From Octopus bimaculoides (Eukaryota): a DNA stretch of 64,000 nt. Under the pieces are notes generated by a model. That model was not told where the DNA came from. It saw nothing but the letters and a program-made list of their open reading frames with translations, and searched no databases. A program made the position numbers and the translations under genes. Positions 13,860 through 27,019 of this stretch are shown here, piece after piece. Every line of letters begins with the position of its first letter. The first letter of the stretch is position 1. The DNA lies in contig NC_068993.1 of assembly GCF_001194135.2 (NCBI RefSeq), positions 42,898,115-42,962,114 of the forward strand. Reading direction: 5' to 3'.

Positions 13860-14940
13860 CCTTTCTATCTGCCCGGTATTTTCAACTCAGTGTCTACTCT
13901 TGGTAGGTCCTGATTATTGCAGATGACCGCCTCGATGGCAGAGCGATATTGAGGCTAACTTCCAGATCCGTTGTCATCAAACCGACCCTGTTTGACTTCC
14001 ATGGTGTAATGATCAAAACCGGCTGCTTGTGATTCCCTGTTTCTTGCAGATTAGCATCGTTTAGAACCATTGTTGTTAGCACTCTGTCGCTTACGACGTC
14101 GAGGGTTCTAGTTAATCCGATCAACGGAACAGCCTGCTCGTGAGCACTCCATACACACGTGTACCCTTAACGTAGTTCTCGGGGATATTCAGCGTGACAC
14201 AGAGTGTGACAAGGCTGGCCCTTTGAATTACAAGCGCAACAGAAACAGGAAGTAAGAGTGAGAGAAAGTTGTGGTGAAAGAGTACAGCAGGGCTCGTCAC
14301 CATCCCCTGCTGGAGCTTCGTGGAGCTTTTGATATTTTCGCCCAATAAACACTCACAACGCCCGGTTTGGGAATCGAAACCGCGATCCTATGACCGCGAG
14401 TCCGCTGCTCTAACCACTGGGCCATTGCGCCGCCACGTTCAGAACCATAACAACGATGAAATGAACAAAAATGCCATCTTGTAAGACAGTAGTCTGCAGC
14501 TCAAATATTTTGTGTCGTCGTGTTGATGTACGTAAGTTCGAGTACTCTGGACAACTTTTATTGTCCACTAAAATGCAAAAAAATGATCCTTTAGCAAATC
14601 TGTGGCTGAATTCTCCCAGATGACCGACAATGAGTGACATATGAACAACTCTATGACGGTGTCATTTTTGTTGACCAACAACATATCAGGAAGACGGCTA
14701 TAACTTGTCAGTCACTTTCTCCGACAGCCAGAGTTAAGAACAATGAGTCTCCTTTCAAAATCTTCGGCAAGAGTCTAATGACAGTGGTGCCACGACAGCT
14801 GATGAATTTAGGACACTAATGATGGGACAGAATAACTGACACAGCCATCAACCTGTCGGGCACAAGTACAATTTTTGTCTAGATTGATGGTGCTGGTAGA
14901 GGTGATGTTGATGATGATGATAATGATGGCGATGATGATA

Positions 14941-14988
<48 letters not shown>

Positions 14989-14990
14989 GT
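13860..14990 (+). mobile_element. Degraded RTE-type LINE 3' end with (GAT)n tail, interrupted by a SINE
   Basis: Frameshifted fragments VLMYVSS, TYEQLYD and LLTNNISGRRL*LVSHFLRQ resemble the RTE C-terminus (VLLYGSE / EELY / RRLxxxGH). (GAT)n array at about 14905-14990. Confidence 0.45.
14071..14436 (-). mobile_element. Full-length tRNA-derived SINE family D with 12-bp target-site duplication
   Basis: Minus-strand head GTGGCGGCGCAATGGCCCAGTGGTTAGAGC...GGTTTCGATTCCC; flanked by GTTTAGAACCAT (14059-14070) and GTTCAGAACCAT (14437-14448). Confidence 0.9.
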
Positions 14991-16920
14991 AGCGGATTTG
15001 ATTTGCATTTCTAATACTGTTTAGAAGGTCATGATTGTTCCCAAGTCCTATTCTTATATCTGCAAAGCGAAATCAATGTTCTGTTGCCTAACATAAATGT
15101 TAATTCATCACTTAACGAAATTCAGTTCTGTACGAGACTACCATAACAGGTCAACAAAAATCAATATTATTAAAATTTTCTAAAATATCACTATTGTAAT
15201 AAATTCTAGAGCTAGATTGTATCCTCTACAAAAGAGAATATTTTTATCTAAAGCTAAAGTCTGTTTCGAGTCTACACACCCATTAAGCCGGAGCTTTCTT
15301 GAGAGTGAAGGTTCAGAACTCCGTACAGAATAAAACGCCAATCTGTTACAGAATTCACCCACTGGAACTCAATTTCACCCATATGAATTGGGGCAAAGTA
15401 AGATGAAGTAACTTGCTTAAGAACATATTATGATAAGTCAATCCAGAAACTGAAACCACGACTTTACCCACTAAGCAACAAGCCTTCACGTCAACCTGTA
15501 TGCCATACGCCTACTCTTCCCAGTGTATCTAGCAAAAAAAAATATCATTGCTGTTATATTTACAATATCATGGACAATTTATTGCTGGGCTCAATTCTAG
15601 CTTGAAACCGTCTTATTTCTTTTACACCGCTAATGTCTTGGAGTAAAGTATTGACGTCAAAATACTTTTATTCGTCCTAGCTTAATTTTCTGATCCTATG
15701 CTTAAGATATAAATGAACAGCAATTTGCATAGTGTCTGCAAGCTATATTGCTTTTTCAATGTAGCTAAAACATTGGTTTCAACGATAGAACGGACAAATA
15801 TATTACATTTACATCATATTCGCACAAAAGATTCAGAGCAGCCATTTTCTATTACGGAAGAAACAGACATATCAACACGTATTTAAAGGAAAGACATGCT
15901 TTTCTTATGCAGTATATTTTATTTTATTTTATTTTATTTTTATTTAATACGTGAGTTCTCATTACTGTTCCGTGTTCTTTTAGCAATTTCATTAAATTTC
16001 TTCCCATTACGAAGTCATTATACATCTATGCATTAGCCAAACTGCCTTACCTAAATGTATCTTTCAATTGAATAAAAGTCACTTTGGCGCCCTACAGTTT
16101 AGAATCCTGCAACGCTTACTTACAAGTAGAATTCTTTATGCGTTATTCCAGTCTCGTAACGGCTAGAAAGCCGCTCTTAATGTTTGGCTTCTTTCACTAA
16201 CCTATTACATTCTACTTGCTGTGAAATGAAAAGGCAGAAAATTCTCTTTCGCTGTTTATTTTTCTTCTTTCCAGGAGGTAATTTCGAAGGCCACTGTTTA
16301 GTACATGTAACTGATAAACAGTAAGCATTAGAATACATGGGAGTCGGGAATATTCAAGTTGATCTTGTAATCAGCCGGTTCTGTCATTAAATATCACTCA
16401 ACCGCCATAGTGATGACGTCATGCTGAGTAAATACACGATTACAGTTTGGGATCAGTGAAGAGTTTTCTTAATTCTATCTTGCTTTTTTGCTCGATGGCT
16501 TTCAAAGAATAAGGCCTTCATGGAGAATCCATTATAGGAACACCATTCAAACTTAAGAAAACCATTTAAAGAACTTTCTAGATATTTTCTGTTATATGTA
16601 TCCTGCTCCCAAGCATTACGAAATATGAAATTATTCTGAAGCGTTAGCTTTGTTATTGTTAGTTTTGCCACTCCAGTTGAAGTTCCTGTTATACAATATC
16701 ATATATCTGTGAAATGTATTATTTTGATGCCAGCAAAATATTCTAATAACCTCAAAGAGGAAACTTTCGTCTTTTTTTTTTTTTTTTCACCGATGTATAC
16801 ACAACTTTTATATCTAGCAGCTTACATTACCTAATATAATTCCTTCCTTAAACACAAGACCAGTTTTGGAGGCTGGTCGTCTTGTCTCTTCCAGTATATA
16901 ATAGCCTACAGGTCTGTCAT

Positions 16921-17578
16921 GAGCCAATGGTTGTTTTGTGTGTTCACCATCTGATCCTGGCAGAAATTTTTCTCGTCTGAAATAAACCATAGCATGTTCG
17001 GTTAGATGGGAAGTTTAAGTTTGTTCAAAAATATTGTAGTGCGGTTTTTGCTCTTGTCCTTGATAGGTTGGGATAAAAATTGTCCCTTTTTCATCTTGTA
17101 TGAGGAATACCGAATATCTTCATGCACTACGTGCCTGATTAGAACCTCATAAACCCCCATGTCCCTGACAATGGACCTAATTTACTAGGAGGGATCGTTG
17201 TCAATCATGGCCTGGATCTCACCAACGAATTCAGGAGTTCTTTTCTTACCAGAGCGATCATAGTGAGTTTTCCGAGCTACCGTGTCTTCGTAATCACCAT
17301 TAGAGTCACCCAACCTTTTCCGGATCCATTGCAGTGTATTCGGATTGACACCCAAGCACTCTGAAATGTTCATATTTGGAGCTTCCGGTACGAATGCCAA
17401 ACAGCACAGCATGCTGTTTCCAAATTTCTGGCAGTGTGAATTGTGTCATGGTGCTGTTTTTCTCACAGACGGTGCCTACCTGTCTCACTATACTGTGTTG
17501 TAAAATAATCAAAAACAAACAATGTGCATGCACGAAATTTAAAAAATAAAATGGCAACAATTTACCCACCGCACCCTG
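16921..17578 (-). mobile_element. Tc1/mariner (maT/DD37D-like) transposon, 5' half with left TIR
   Basis: TIR-like CAGGGTGCGGTGGGTAAATTG ends at 17578; ATG at 17449; protein MTQFTLPEIWKQHAVL, NISECLGVN, DMGVYEVLIRHVVHEDIRYSSYKMKKGQFLS, LWFISDEKNFCQDQMVNTQNNHWL includes the first catalytic D (SDEK). Subfamily is from recollection. Confidence 0.85.
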
Positions 17579-18093
17579 TTACGATTATGGGTGTGTGTGT
17601 TATATTATATTGTATTATATTATATGCGTTGCACATTGTGCTTGACCGTAGGGGAAAAATGAATGCATGTATTAGCGTGGGTGGTAACTCTCTGAACTGT
17701 ACAGGAGGCACCAACCGTTGTCACACATGTGCAGGACTGAAAAGTTATATCTGAACTGCTTTAAAAGAGCAATCTAGCGCTGCTAATATCACAGGCATTA
17801 TATATATTTTGACATATACACACAGAGACACACACAGAGGCACGCGCACAGATACACACACACACACACACACACACATGCACATACGCACTCGCATGTG
17901 TGTGTGTGTGTTCACTATTTTACATCAGATACCACAGAATACATCGAAACAAAAGCCAGCCCACGCACCAACCTCTGCCCCAAATTGTTTCCTCCCTTCA
18001 CTTTTTCTATTGCAACTACAATGGCCTCTACTCCTTGAAACTAGATGGTCTCCTGCTGCCTTCTCCCAGATACGCTTCCTTTGATATTTTCTA

Positions 18094-18360
18094 CATGGCT
18101 CAGTGGTTATAGCGTCCGGCTCACAATCATGAGGTAGTGAGTTCAATTTCCCGACCGGGCTCTGTGTTTTGTTCTTGAGCAAGACACTTCATATCGTATT
18201 GTTCCAGGTCACTCAGCTGTAGAAGAGAGGGGTGGCTGGTATATATGGTCAACTGCTGATCTTCCATAAACAACCTTGCCTGGATTTGTGCCCCGGAGGG
18301 GAATTGTCTAGGTGCAACTCCATGGTCATTCATGACCGAACGGGGTCTTTACTTTACTCT
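18094..18360 (+). mobile_element. tRNA-derived SINE family C
   Basis: A-box TGGCTCAGTGG, B-box GAGTTCAATTTCC, TTCTTGAGCAAGACACTT, and tail CATGACCGAACGGGGTCTTTACTTTAC. Confidence 0.85.
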
Positions 18361-18436
18361 TATTCTACAGATGGTCTACTGTAATATTAATATTTCAGAT
18401 ATTCTGTAGTATTTAAAAATACATAAATACATAAAT

Positions 18437-18965
18437 CGGCGCAGGTTTGACCTTGTGATTAAGAAGATCACTTCGCAAACACGTGATTTCAAGCCCCATC
18501 TCATTGCTTGGCACCTCCAATCCCTTCTACCAAATTAACTCACAAAGCATTGTGAGCCACTGTAGCTCACAATACCTTGTAAGTGTATTTGGAAGACGAA
18601 TAGCACTCTACCGTCTCAAACCTGGAAATATAGACTGGGTAATGTAATCGAGGATAAAAAGAAGACTAGGATACATTTAATCATAAAGTTTTTGCTCGAT
18701 ACGGAGTTAAACAACAACAAAGGTGTAGACACCATATGTGCATATGTCTGTATGTATATCATTGTTTATCCCCACGCTGCTTGGCAACTGATGTTGGATT
18801 GTTTACGCTCTCAAACTTAGCGGTTCTGCTAAAGAACCCAACACAAGGTGTAGCACATTTAAAAAAACATAAATACTAAGTACTGGTATCGATTTGTTTA
18901 ACTACACCCTTCAAGACGATGCCCCAGCATGGCCGCAGTTCAGTTACTCAAAACAATGGAAAGAA
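18437..18965 (+). mobile_element. Old, degraded SINE family B copy with an inserted fragment of another repeat
   Basis: Degenerate head (GTGATTAAGAAG...GGCACC) and tail GCCCCAGCATGGCCGCAGTTCAG. The 18600-18720 piece resembles 26460-26650. Confidence 0.55.
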
Positions 18966-20718
18966 ATTGTTATTTTATATAGAACTGTGACATTTGACAT
19001 AGGTATAATCACTACATAGATTGCAGCGATCAATATTACATAATCATTATCGTGAAAAATTATCTAAACTCTTCAGGCTCAAAACTTTTAGATGAAGGCT
19101 ACGACTACGATTAGTCTTCCTACTTTGGAAGAATTTCGTTTTAAAAATTAACGCCTTCTTCTCTTTCTTTGTCTGGTGTACCAAGAGTTAAGTGCTATCT
19201 CTTGCCTAATGTCACACATTCGTTGTTGTATATCAAATCAAAATGGCAGATAAAAATGCTATATTAACGTCATTTACTTAATGTTGTTTGGAATAATATA
19301 ATCTTGAAGAAATACATTAAAGACAACGACTCTCTTTTCTGAGTTATATAAAGACACAAAATACACGCTATAAAAATATTCAAAACTACCATAGAGAAAA
19401 ATCAAGCCATTTTCACTTCCTTTTTTATTTTTTATTTCATTTCATTTTTTTTTTTTTTCGCTTTTAGTAGCCTACATTTTATTTTTTATTTTCAATATAT
19501 AATTTATGTATGTTACTGAAAATAGTTCACTGGATGATGGTGTGAATACAAATAAGATAAAGATAACAATACTGCAAGCTATATTTTCGACCAATCCTCT
19601 TTTCTGCCAAGATTATTACCAATTAAAGCCAATAACCCTTTATTTAGCCACTTAGAATGTATTATTCTTTTTTCAAACATTTCTCCAAGTGTTATAATTT
19701 ACCAGCTCTCACCATCTCTTTTTAAATCGATTTCTCATTTATAGCAGACAATATTTCTAATGAATTCTAGTCATTATAGTGGACAAACCTTTTACTCCTT
19801 GAAAAATTATCTTATATAATGATGTGTATTAATACCGTATCGAGCACTTTAACTTTAGAGACAGAAATAAACTGAATACTACAATACAGTTTCAATTCTC
19901 GATTAAAACTGTTTCATCTGTTTCATTGATCAAATTTTAAATTTCAAATCTTTGTTTGTCTCGTGCCTAAATATGCCAAGGTTCTTTTGTTATTTTTTTG
20001 TCTAGTCAAAATCTTAGAAAACACTGATTTTTGTTATAATGTTCGTTTTATTTCATCCTTCGATTTGTACAGGCGATACCAAAGCAAGGGATTTAACACG
20101 TTAGTCGTTACAGCCTGTTATTAGAACTTACCAGTGACGTCACATATTTCGCGGACACACTGCTTACTGTTTGATTACAAGGAAATGCAATTTCTTTTTT
20201 TTTTTTCATTGTATTTTTGCAATATTTCGTAATTAGACTTTAATATTTAGCACCCATGTTATTTGAATATCCTCGAAACCATTTCAAAGATACAGAATAA
20301 AATATTTTGTCAAATTATAAAAATGTACCACCGGCAGTTGTGTGAAGTTTGCGTTGAACTACTGGTATTACATGTGGCTGTTAACGTGTTAAAGTATTCA
20401 CATTCAGGTTCGAGCCAATAACTGTCTGTTGGGTTGAGCTGTTAATATAAAAGAACTTATTAAAGAAATTGATTGTCATATTCAACAAATGCTGTTCATT
20501 TATCTAATTCTATAGCAATAGAAAAGAAAGAAATCTTCATGCCCGAAGACATTTCATTTCACACGCGATTCTAATGATTTTAGGAATAGCATAAAGAACG
20601 GGATTCTCATTCGAGCTCCCCGGGAGAAAACAGTCAGACGCGAATTTAATGTATCTCTTTAGAGATACCACAAAACCCGTAGTAAGTTAGTATATCTAAC
20701 TTTATGTACTATTAGATA

Positions 20719-21160
20719 TGAGGTGCATTCCAGAAGTTTTGGGACTTTATTTTAGACGAGGCAGTTATAACTGTCCTAGATTGTTGTAATTTTAGTATAC
20801 CATTACTATAAACTAAGCTGACCTGTGAACTTTTGTTCCAAATTGAAGGAGACGTCTGTAACTTCACTTTGAAGACGCCCTACTAAATACTGTTTGTCTC
20901 AGCTGACAAGTTCGCAGAATGCAGTCAGGACGTTTGGAAACACGCTATGCAATGAAGTTTTGTATTAAACTGGGCAAAAACGCTACCAAAACACATGGAA
21001 GGCTTCCGACTGCTTATAGATTAAATTTTTAGCTGGGACTTCATTGACGGTAAAGAGACGGTGAGAGACAATGAGAAGTATAGGAAGGAGAGAGTTGTCA
21101 GGATATCAGGACTGGTGGAGAAAATTTTCAATTTTCTGGATGAAGACCAACGTGTTTCTA
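20719..21160 (+). mobile_element. Mariner (DD34D-type) transposon, 5' end
   Basis: TA at 20717-18, then TIR-like TGAGGTGCATTCCAGAAGTTT; ATG at 20919 gives MQSGRLETRYAMKFCIKLGKNATKTHGRL, then FIDGKETVRDNEK and FLDEDQRVS after a deletion; typical mariner HTH (IKFCxKLGKxATET). Confidence 0.85.
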
Positions 21161-21173
21161 CACGTTTAATATA

Positions 21174-21537
21174 TTTACCCCTGCCTTAGCGAAGGCGGAG
21201 ATATTGTTTGCAGTCGTGTTTGTTTCTCCATAGGTAAGATATCTCAAAAAACGCTAGATGGATTCGGATGAAACTTTCAGGGATATTTGGCCTCGTGACT
21301 GGCACGAACTGGTTAGATTTGAGGATCGATCCGGTACTCGTCAAGGATTCTGGATTATTTTCCGGGTTTTTTTAAATTAATTTTTGAGAGCGGTGGGGTT
21401 CATTTTTAGTATTCTCGTTTGTGAGAGCAGTCGAGTTTATTTCAGATATTCTCATTTTAAAAAGCATCTCCGGCTAATCGTTGAGAGGACGTTGGTGTTG
21501 CGTTGGCGGAGGTTTGCGCTCTCTGTGTGCTCTTGTT
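21174..21537 (+). mobile_element. Helentron-associated non-autonomous element (HINE / DINE-1-like)
   Basis: 5' hairpin CTGCCTT-AGCG-AAGGCGG (21181-21198), internal GATGGATTCGGATGAAACTTTCAGG, 3' subterminal TTGGCGGAGG (21503-21512), terminal stem-loop-like GCGCTCTCTGTGTGC, and T-rich ends. Confidence 0.7.
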
Positions 21538-23192
21538 TATAGTATATTATGGTTGCATAACGAAATACTGCATTCTTACAAGTCATTAATATTTACGCAG
21601 CAGCTTCCAGGAATGTGTTTAATATGTAAAATTGGTATATCCAATAACGTTGTTCCGTTGTATTTAGTGGCTATTTAAGCAATGTGTTCGTGGATGATAA
21701 AGGGATTAGACGGGTGCTGATGAAAGGGCAAAATTTCCCGAAATATGGTATATACGTCCATTGTCCTTTTTTCGTCCATCTCATTGTTTGTTTACATCTG
21801 ACATCTAAGATACAAAACGTCTAAACAAAAATCAGTTCTATAGAGCATCTGTACAGATAACCTTAACAAGTGATGATATGAAATGGTTTGCTGGTGAGAA
21901 AAAAATAAACTTGGAGTAAATCATTACCACAGAACCTTGTCGGCAACAAAAAACACAATCTTCAAGTATATATAAATTCAGAAACGTGTCCTCATCATTC
22001 CTACATGAAATCAGGTTCAGAAGGGAAACATATTTTCCAAAAACAAGATGTAGAAATTAAGTGATTACAATTTACATTTAGAGTTTCTTCCAAAATTTTC
22101 CTGTCTGTGTTAAATATCTCTAAATAAATTGAAGAAATTTAATAATGGCGGCTACCGTTAATTTTTTTTTTTTTTTGTGAAAATGACCGTGTAAATAAAG
22201 ATCAAATCTAGATTTGAGTTTATTTTCTCTCTTTCTTTCAGAGTCATAGTCCTGCTTAACAAAGTTCAATAACTGAAAAGAAAAACGGAGGAGATTGGAT
22301 GGAATCCATAAAACATAGACCTGCATCTAACCAATAGAAGTACTTCTATTCTTTTTTTGTTTTCTTTTCGTTTTTTATTTGTTTTTGTGTTTTACTTGCT
22401 CTCCCAGTATATTTCTATACATTTGAAAATATTTTTACAATTTAATATTACTCTTTCTCTATTCGATTATATATTTCAACCTGGTTTGAAAAAATATTCG
22501 TGGTTGAAAGTGTTGCGTTTCATATTCATATTTTATATTTTAATATTTATATTTTAAAATATTTGTTCATTTAAATTACACCTCTCTCCCAGAATTTTGC
22601 CTATAATAGAAACACTTAAACCAATAATCTGTAGAACTACTTGCTATATTTTTCAATGGTTCTATTTAAACTGAATTTATAAGTCTTCAACCAATATGCT
22701 CTGCTGTTAATGTTCTTAAATAAGTTTTCACCTGTTACATCAGAGTTACTTTATTACCATTCTGTTAGCCATTTCAATGTCTTTTTCTAGTCAATGAACA
22801 GAATAAAAATTCGACTTAATTGAACAAAATCAAAACTATTTATCCTTGCCAGTAAAAGTTGTGTATTTGAATTCCATTAGTCATAATATTTAAGTGATAC
22901 GAATCATTACTTTGATTTATACAACCTTAAAGTAGTGGCGGAGTGACCAACGCATTATCCCTCTTAACATCCATTTAAATATATCAATTTACATTTTCGT
23001 ATTGCAAAATAAATAAATGATATTCGATTTTATATTTTATTTTCGTTTTTTGTTGCTTTTTGTCATTTTTGTTGTTCTTTTATAATTTCAGCAACGTGAC
23101 TGATATACTCAATGATGGAATTTGTTGAAAAGAAGTAAATGTCTAAATCTCACCTCATTATTTTTAAGTCGTGTTATAGGTCTAATATACAA

Positions 23193-23229
<37 letters not shown>

Positions 23230-23409
23230 CCAGGATTGATTGAAAATACTTGAGCCCAATGTATATCACTAATGTCTGTAAATACCGAAAAAAGTCTAAC
23301 AAATTATTTTTATAGCGTGTTTTTATCTTTATGTCTTTCTGTTTCAGAAATGAAGTTTTGATTCTAGCTGTTTATATAAAGATTTCATTTCAGTCATGAA
23401 ACTTTAACA

Positions 23410-23810
23410 AAAGGTGGAATTCTTCTCTATGGTGCCAAACTTTGGGACATGGAGAAGGAGTTTCATAACCATTTTTATGATACAAACCCTATGTTTTTCA
23501 TGAGGGCTCAAAAGAGTTCATGACGTGAGTACAAGACCAAAGAGGAGGTTTATGGACGCATTAAAACTCCTCTCTATTATAATTGCTCAGCGCATAGTAA
23601 GCTATGCTGCCCATTTCTGTCGGGCAGAAGAACAATCCTTAGCAGGTTTTATATTTTGGACATTTCTTCACCCTAATAGAGGGCGATGAAAACTCAGTTA
23701 TATTGATGTCGTTGGCAGAGACACACAACATGAAACTGAGGACAGTCCGGAGATAACGGGATCAGCAATGCTGGAACCGTTGTGAAACGTATCTTCGAGC
23801 TGTCCGTAGA
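23410..23810 (+). pseudogene. RTE-type LINE 3' fragment (RT C-terminal region)
   Basis: GILLYGAKLW, KTKEEVYG, SYAAHFCRAEEQ, RGR*KLSYIDVVGRDT match the RTE C-terminal pattern (LLYGxETW, AGHC, GRP, YID). Confidence 0.7.
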
Positions 23811-25588
23811 AGGTTTAAAAAACAAATTTCAGGAACAATAGTCGTCTGTTGACGTACAAGGTTGTAAACTTTTCCCATATCGAAGTTCGATAAGCAGAAA
23901 AAATCGTTTCATAGCTTACGGTTAGCAGCAGGGGTTGCTGTTTTTGCGAATATATATACATATGTAAATAGAGTGTAATGTGAAAGCATTCATTACGAAG
24001 GGTACATTATAAATAATTAAGATTATTTATGAATATATCAATGGCCAAACATGTTATCATAAGATATGAAGAAGAAAAATGTTTATAATTATGAACAAGT
24101 CACAATAATAACTAAGAGGGTTAAAAAAACCCTTACATGTTAAAAATAGCAGCCAAAACCGCTATAAAGTCATTATATCACTCGTATCATTTCTCCTCGC
24201 GATAAAAATTGTCTTCGGGCGATACGGCAAATTGAATCTACAACTTGAAAATAATTGGCTAATTCACTATTGCAATTTCGGCGCTAGGGACCACTTAAGG
24301 GACCCATTCACCTTGTCGGGGGAAATATTCCTATAGATAGAAATCAAAACAAGACCTTATCTTATGGCTAACATGAATCCCAACCGGCAATAGAAATGTT
24401 TTCAACTCTATCTACACAATCAAGTTTTGAATTCAAATGCCATGCTACAAAGACATCACAAAAAATATCACTCAGATTTTCAGGTTCCCGTTTGTCAGAC
24501 AGTTTTGGCTGAGAACTTTTGCACCTTGTTTCAAATTTATTTACTTACTCTGAGAATTCGTATTTTCGGTCGATGAAGAATTACGGTCCTTCTGTGTCTC
24601 TCCTACATGAACGTTTTCNNNNNNNNNNATATACATATGCATATTCATATACATATTTGCATGTGTTTATGTACATATGTATATACCTTATGGTAGTATG
24701 CATCATTTTAATGATAAACGCTAAATGTGATAAGAAAAATGTAAACGAGTGTTATAATTTCTTACTTTCGCTTAAGGGGCTGCAATTTTCTATACCCAAT
24801 TTTCTGTATTCTTTTAAACACGAAATAGTGAAAGCTACATTGGGCCCTGGTTAAATTCGAATTGCCACCGTAAGCAGGAAGAAACAACGTATGTCATGAA
24901 CGTAGTACAACAGACCGCCATCTTTCAATGTGTTAAATCATAGAAAACGATATATTCCTGCAGCATTTACTGTTCTCATTTTTACCATTTTTGATTGAAT
25001 ATAATCTTGACATAGTATGTCAATACTGATGAATTATGGATCATTTTACTATATTCGTATATGCTTTATTACATATCACTATCGATCTAAATGATGATAA
25101 ACTCAGCATGTAGTAAAATCGTATTTGTTGTCGTTGTTCTTTTTTTTTTTTTGGTGGTACTTTTTTCTTCTTTTTCTCAGAATACATTCAAGATGGATTT
25201 GAATAATAAGTTGCTCAGCTTTCTCAATAATTCCCAAGATACGAGATATCTTTCCCGTGTTTAATATCAAAACATTTTTCCATATACTTTTGGTGTGATG
25301 TTTTGTTTTTGATTTTTGATTTCTTTGTTTTCTTCTCAAACTAACACATATCATTGAACAAAATAAAAACTGCCAGAAATAAGTTCAGTCCGTTTCATAC
25401 ACATATGTAGCCCCCAACACACACATACACACACTTACCTTCATATATCCACGCATCCACATGCTCACATATATATACATGCTCGCACATATATATGCTC
25501 ACGCATATGTATACACATATATACGAATATATATATATGCATATAGACATACACACGCACACAGATATATACCTATATATTCATTTAT

Positions 25589-25645
<57 letters not shown>

Positions 25646-26644
25646 TATGTGTATGGATGGACGGATGGATGGATGTTTCTTTCTTTCTAAAAATACAGAG
25701 AAATAAAACCAATCTCTTGATATTTCAAGGGAATTCTAAATAGACTGATTTTCAGTCTATGTATTCGTACTGTGTGTAGTCTTATTTTTACGCACACACA
25801 CACACACTCACACGCACACACACACACACACACACATGCACATATGCAACACATACTCTCTCTCTTTCCCATTTTATTCTAATTAATCTTCTCTTTCCTT
25901 CCTACATTGCACAACTCGTTACTCCTATCCGTTTCTTTTTCTTTCTCTCCCTACCTTACGCATTCTTTGTTTTCCCTCTGTTGCCTACGCTAGATATGTC
26001 TTAATTTTATAAACTGTATTTGGTCTTAATCATTAACCACATCAGATCTTGCATTACTTTCTTGACCTAACCCACTAACTACGTATTATCGTCCATTCAT
26101 CATTTGTTTTGCTCAAGTATATTTTCTTCTTTCAGCACCATTCAAAACAAAACTCCATTTTCTTAACCTAACCCCTACCTGATTCGCATCCGTGATGTTA
26201 TTTGTTATTTAATTTATTTTGCACAATGCTTAATTGTTCAAAGCTACTAGACGTTTTTAACAGAAAGATTTGCATGCCGTTTAGAAAATTATTGTATATA
26301 GAAACATATTATAGATAAGTTTTGTTATATAATTGTGATTAAACTTTTTTCTTTTTCTGCGGTGTATTTTAAATTCATTTTATGTTAAGATAACGATTTC
26401 TTTCGACTGAGCTCAACACTACAACTTTATGGAAACAAACGTATACAACGTGGTCTCTAAGTAGTCACTCTACCTTCTAAAAATATAAGCTTAAATCACA
26501 GTGCAACTTCACAAAGAGGGAAGGATAAACTGACTAGTGTAATAAGGGATGCATTGAGTGAAATAGATTTAAAAGAAAAAGACTGGAATGCATTTGATCA
26601 TAAAGATCTGTTCGATCCGAGCTGAGTTGGGGAGAAAGGGCTAA

Positions 26645-26730
26645 ACAACAACACCAGTAACGACAATAACAACAGCAGCAACAACAATAACTACAGCAAC
26701 AATAATAACAACAGCAACAGTAACATAAAT
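26645..26730. repeat. Degenerate (AAC/AGC)n tail of a dispersed repeat (about 26460-26730)
   Basis: Visible trinucleotide run; the upstream TTTGATCATAAAGATCTGTTCGATC...GGGCTAAACAACAAC resembles 18675-18720. Confidence 0.55.
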
Positions 26731-27019
26731 TCTTCCGACAAGGAACAGCAACAGAAACTCATGAATTCATGAAAAATGACATAGACGAAGAGAGTCAAGT
26801 ATATTTATTATGGGGGATGTGTAATAGGAGTACGCCATACGCAGACCAGATAACATAACAATGAGTAAAAAGATGAGAAATTTATGATCACATAATCAGG
26901 TGAGTTATATAAACATATGTAATATGGATATTTATTCTGCTCTCGTACTTGTGTGAAGTTTTAAAACCAAACAAGCAAACATAATCAGGTGTTAATTTAC
27001 TTTAATCAGTCGTACATCT

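Noticed and set aside
13894-14640. Minus-strand ORFs that join in frame (about 125 aa) when SINE D is removed
   Set aside because: No recognisable domain; the plus strand carries RTE C-terminal remnants and a (GAT)n tail, so this is probably an antisense open frame.
16275-16320. 46-bp exon candidate (strong acceptor, GTAAGC donor; GNFEGHCLVHVTDK)
   Set aside because: Too short, no recognisable homology and no partner exons; such sites arise often by chance. RNA-seq would decide.
21717-21770. CTGATGA...GAAA hammerhead-like core
   Set aside because: Helix III cannot form the required A-U closing pair next to a cleavage triplet, and helix I is not adjacent.
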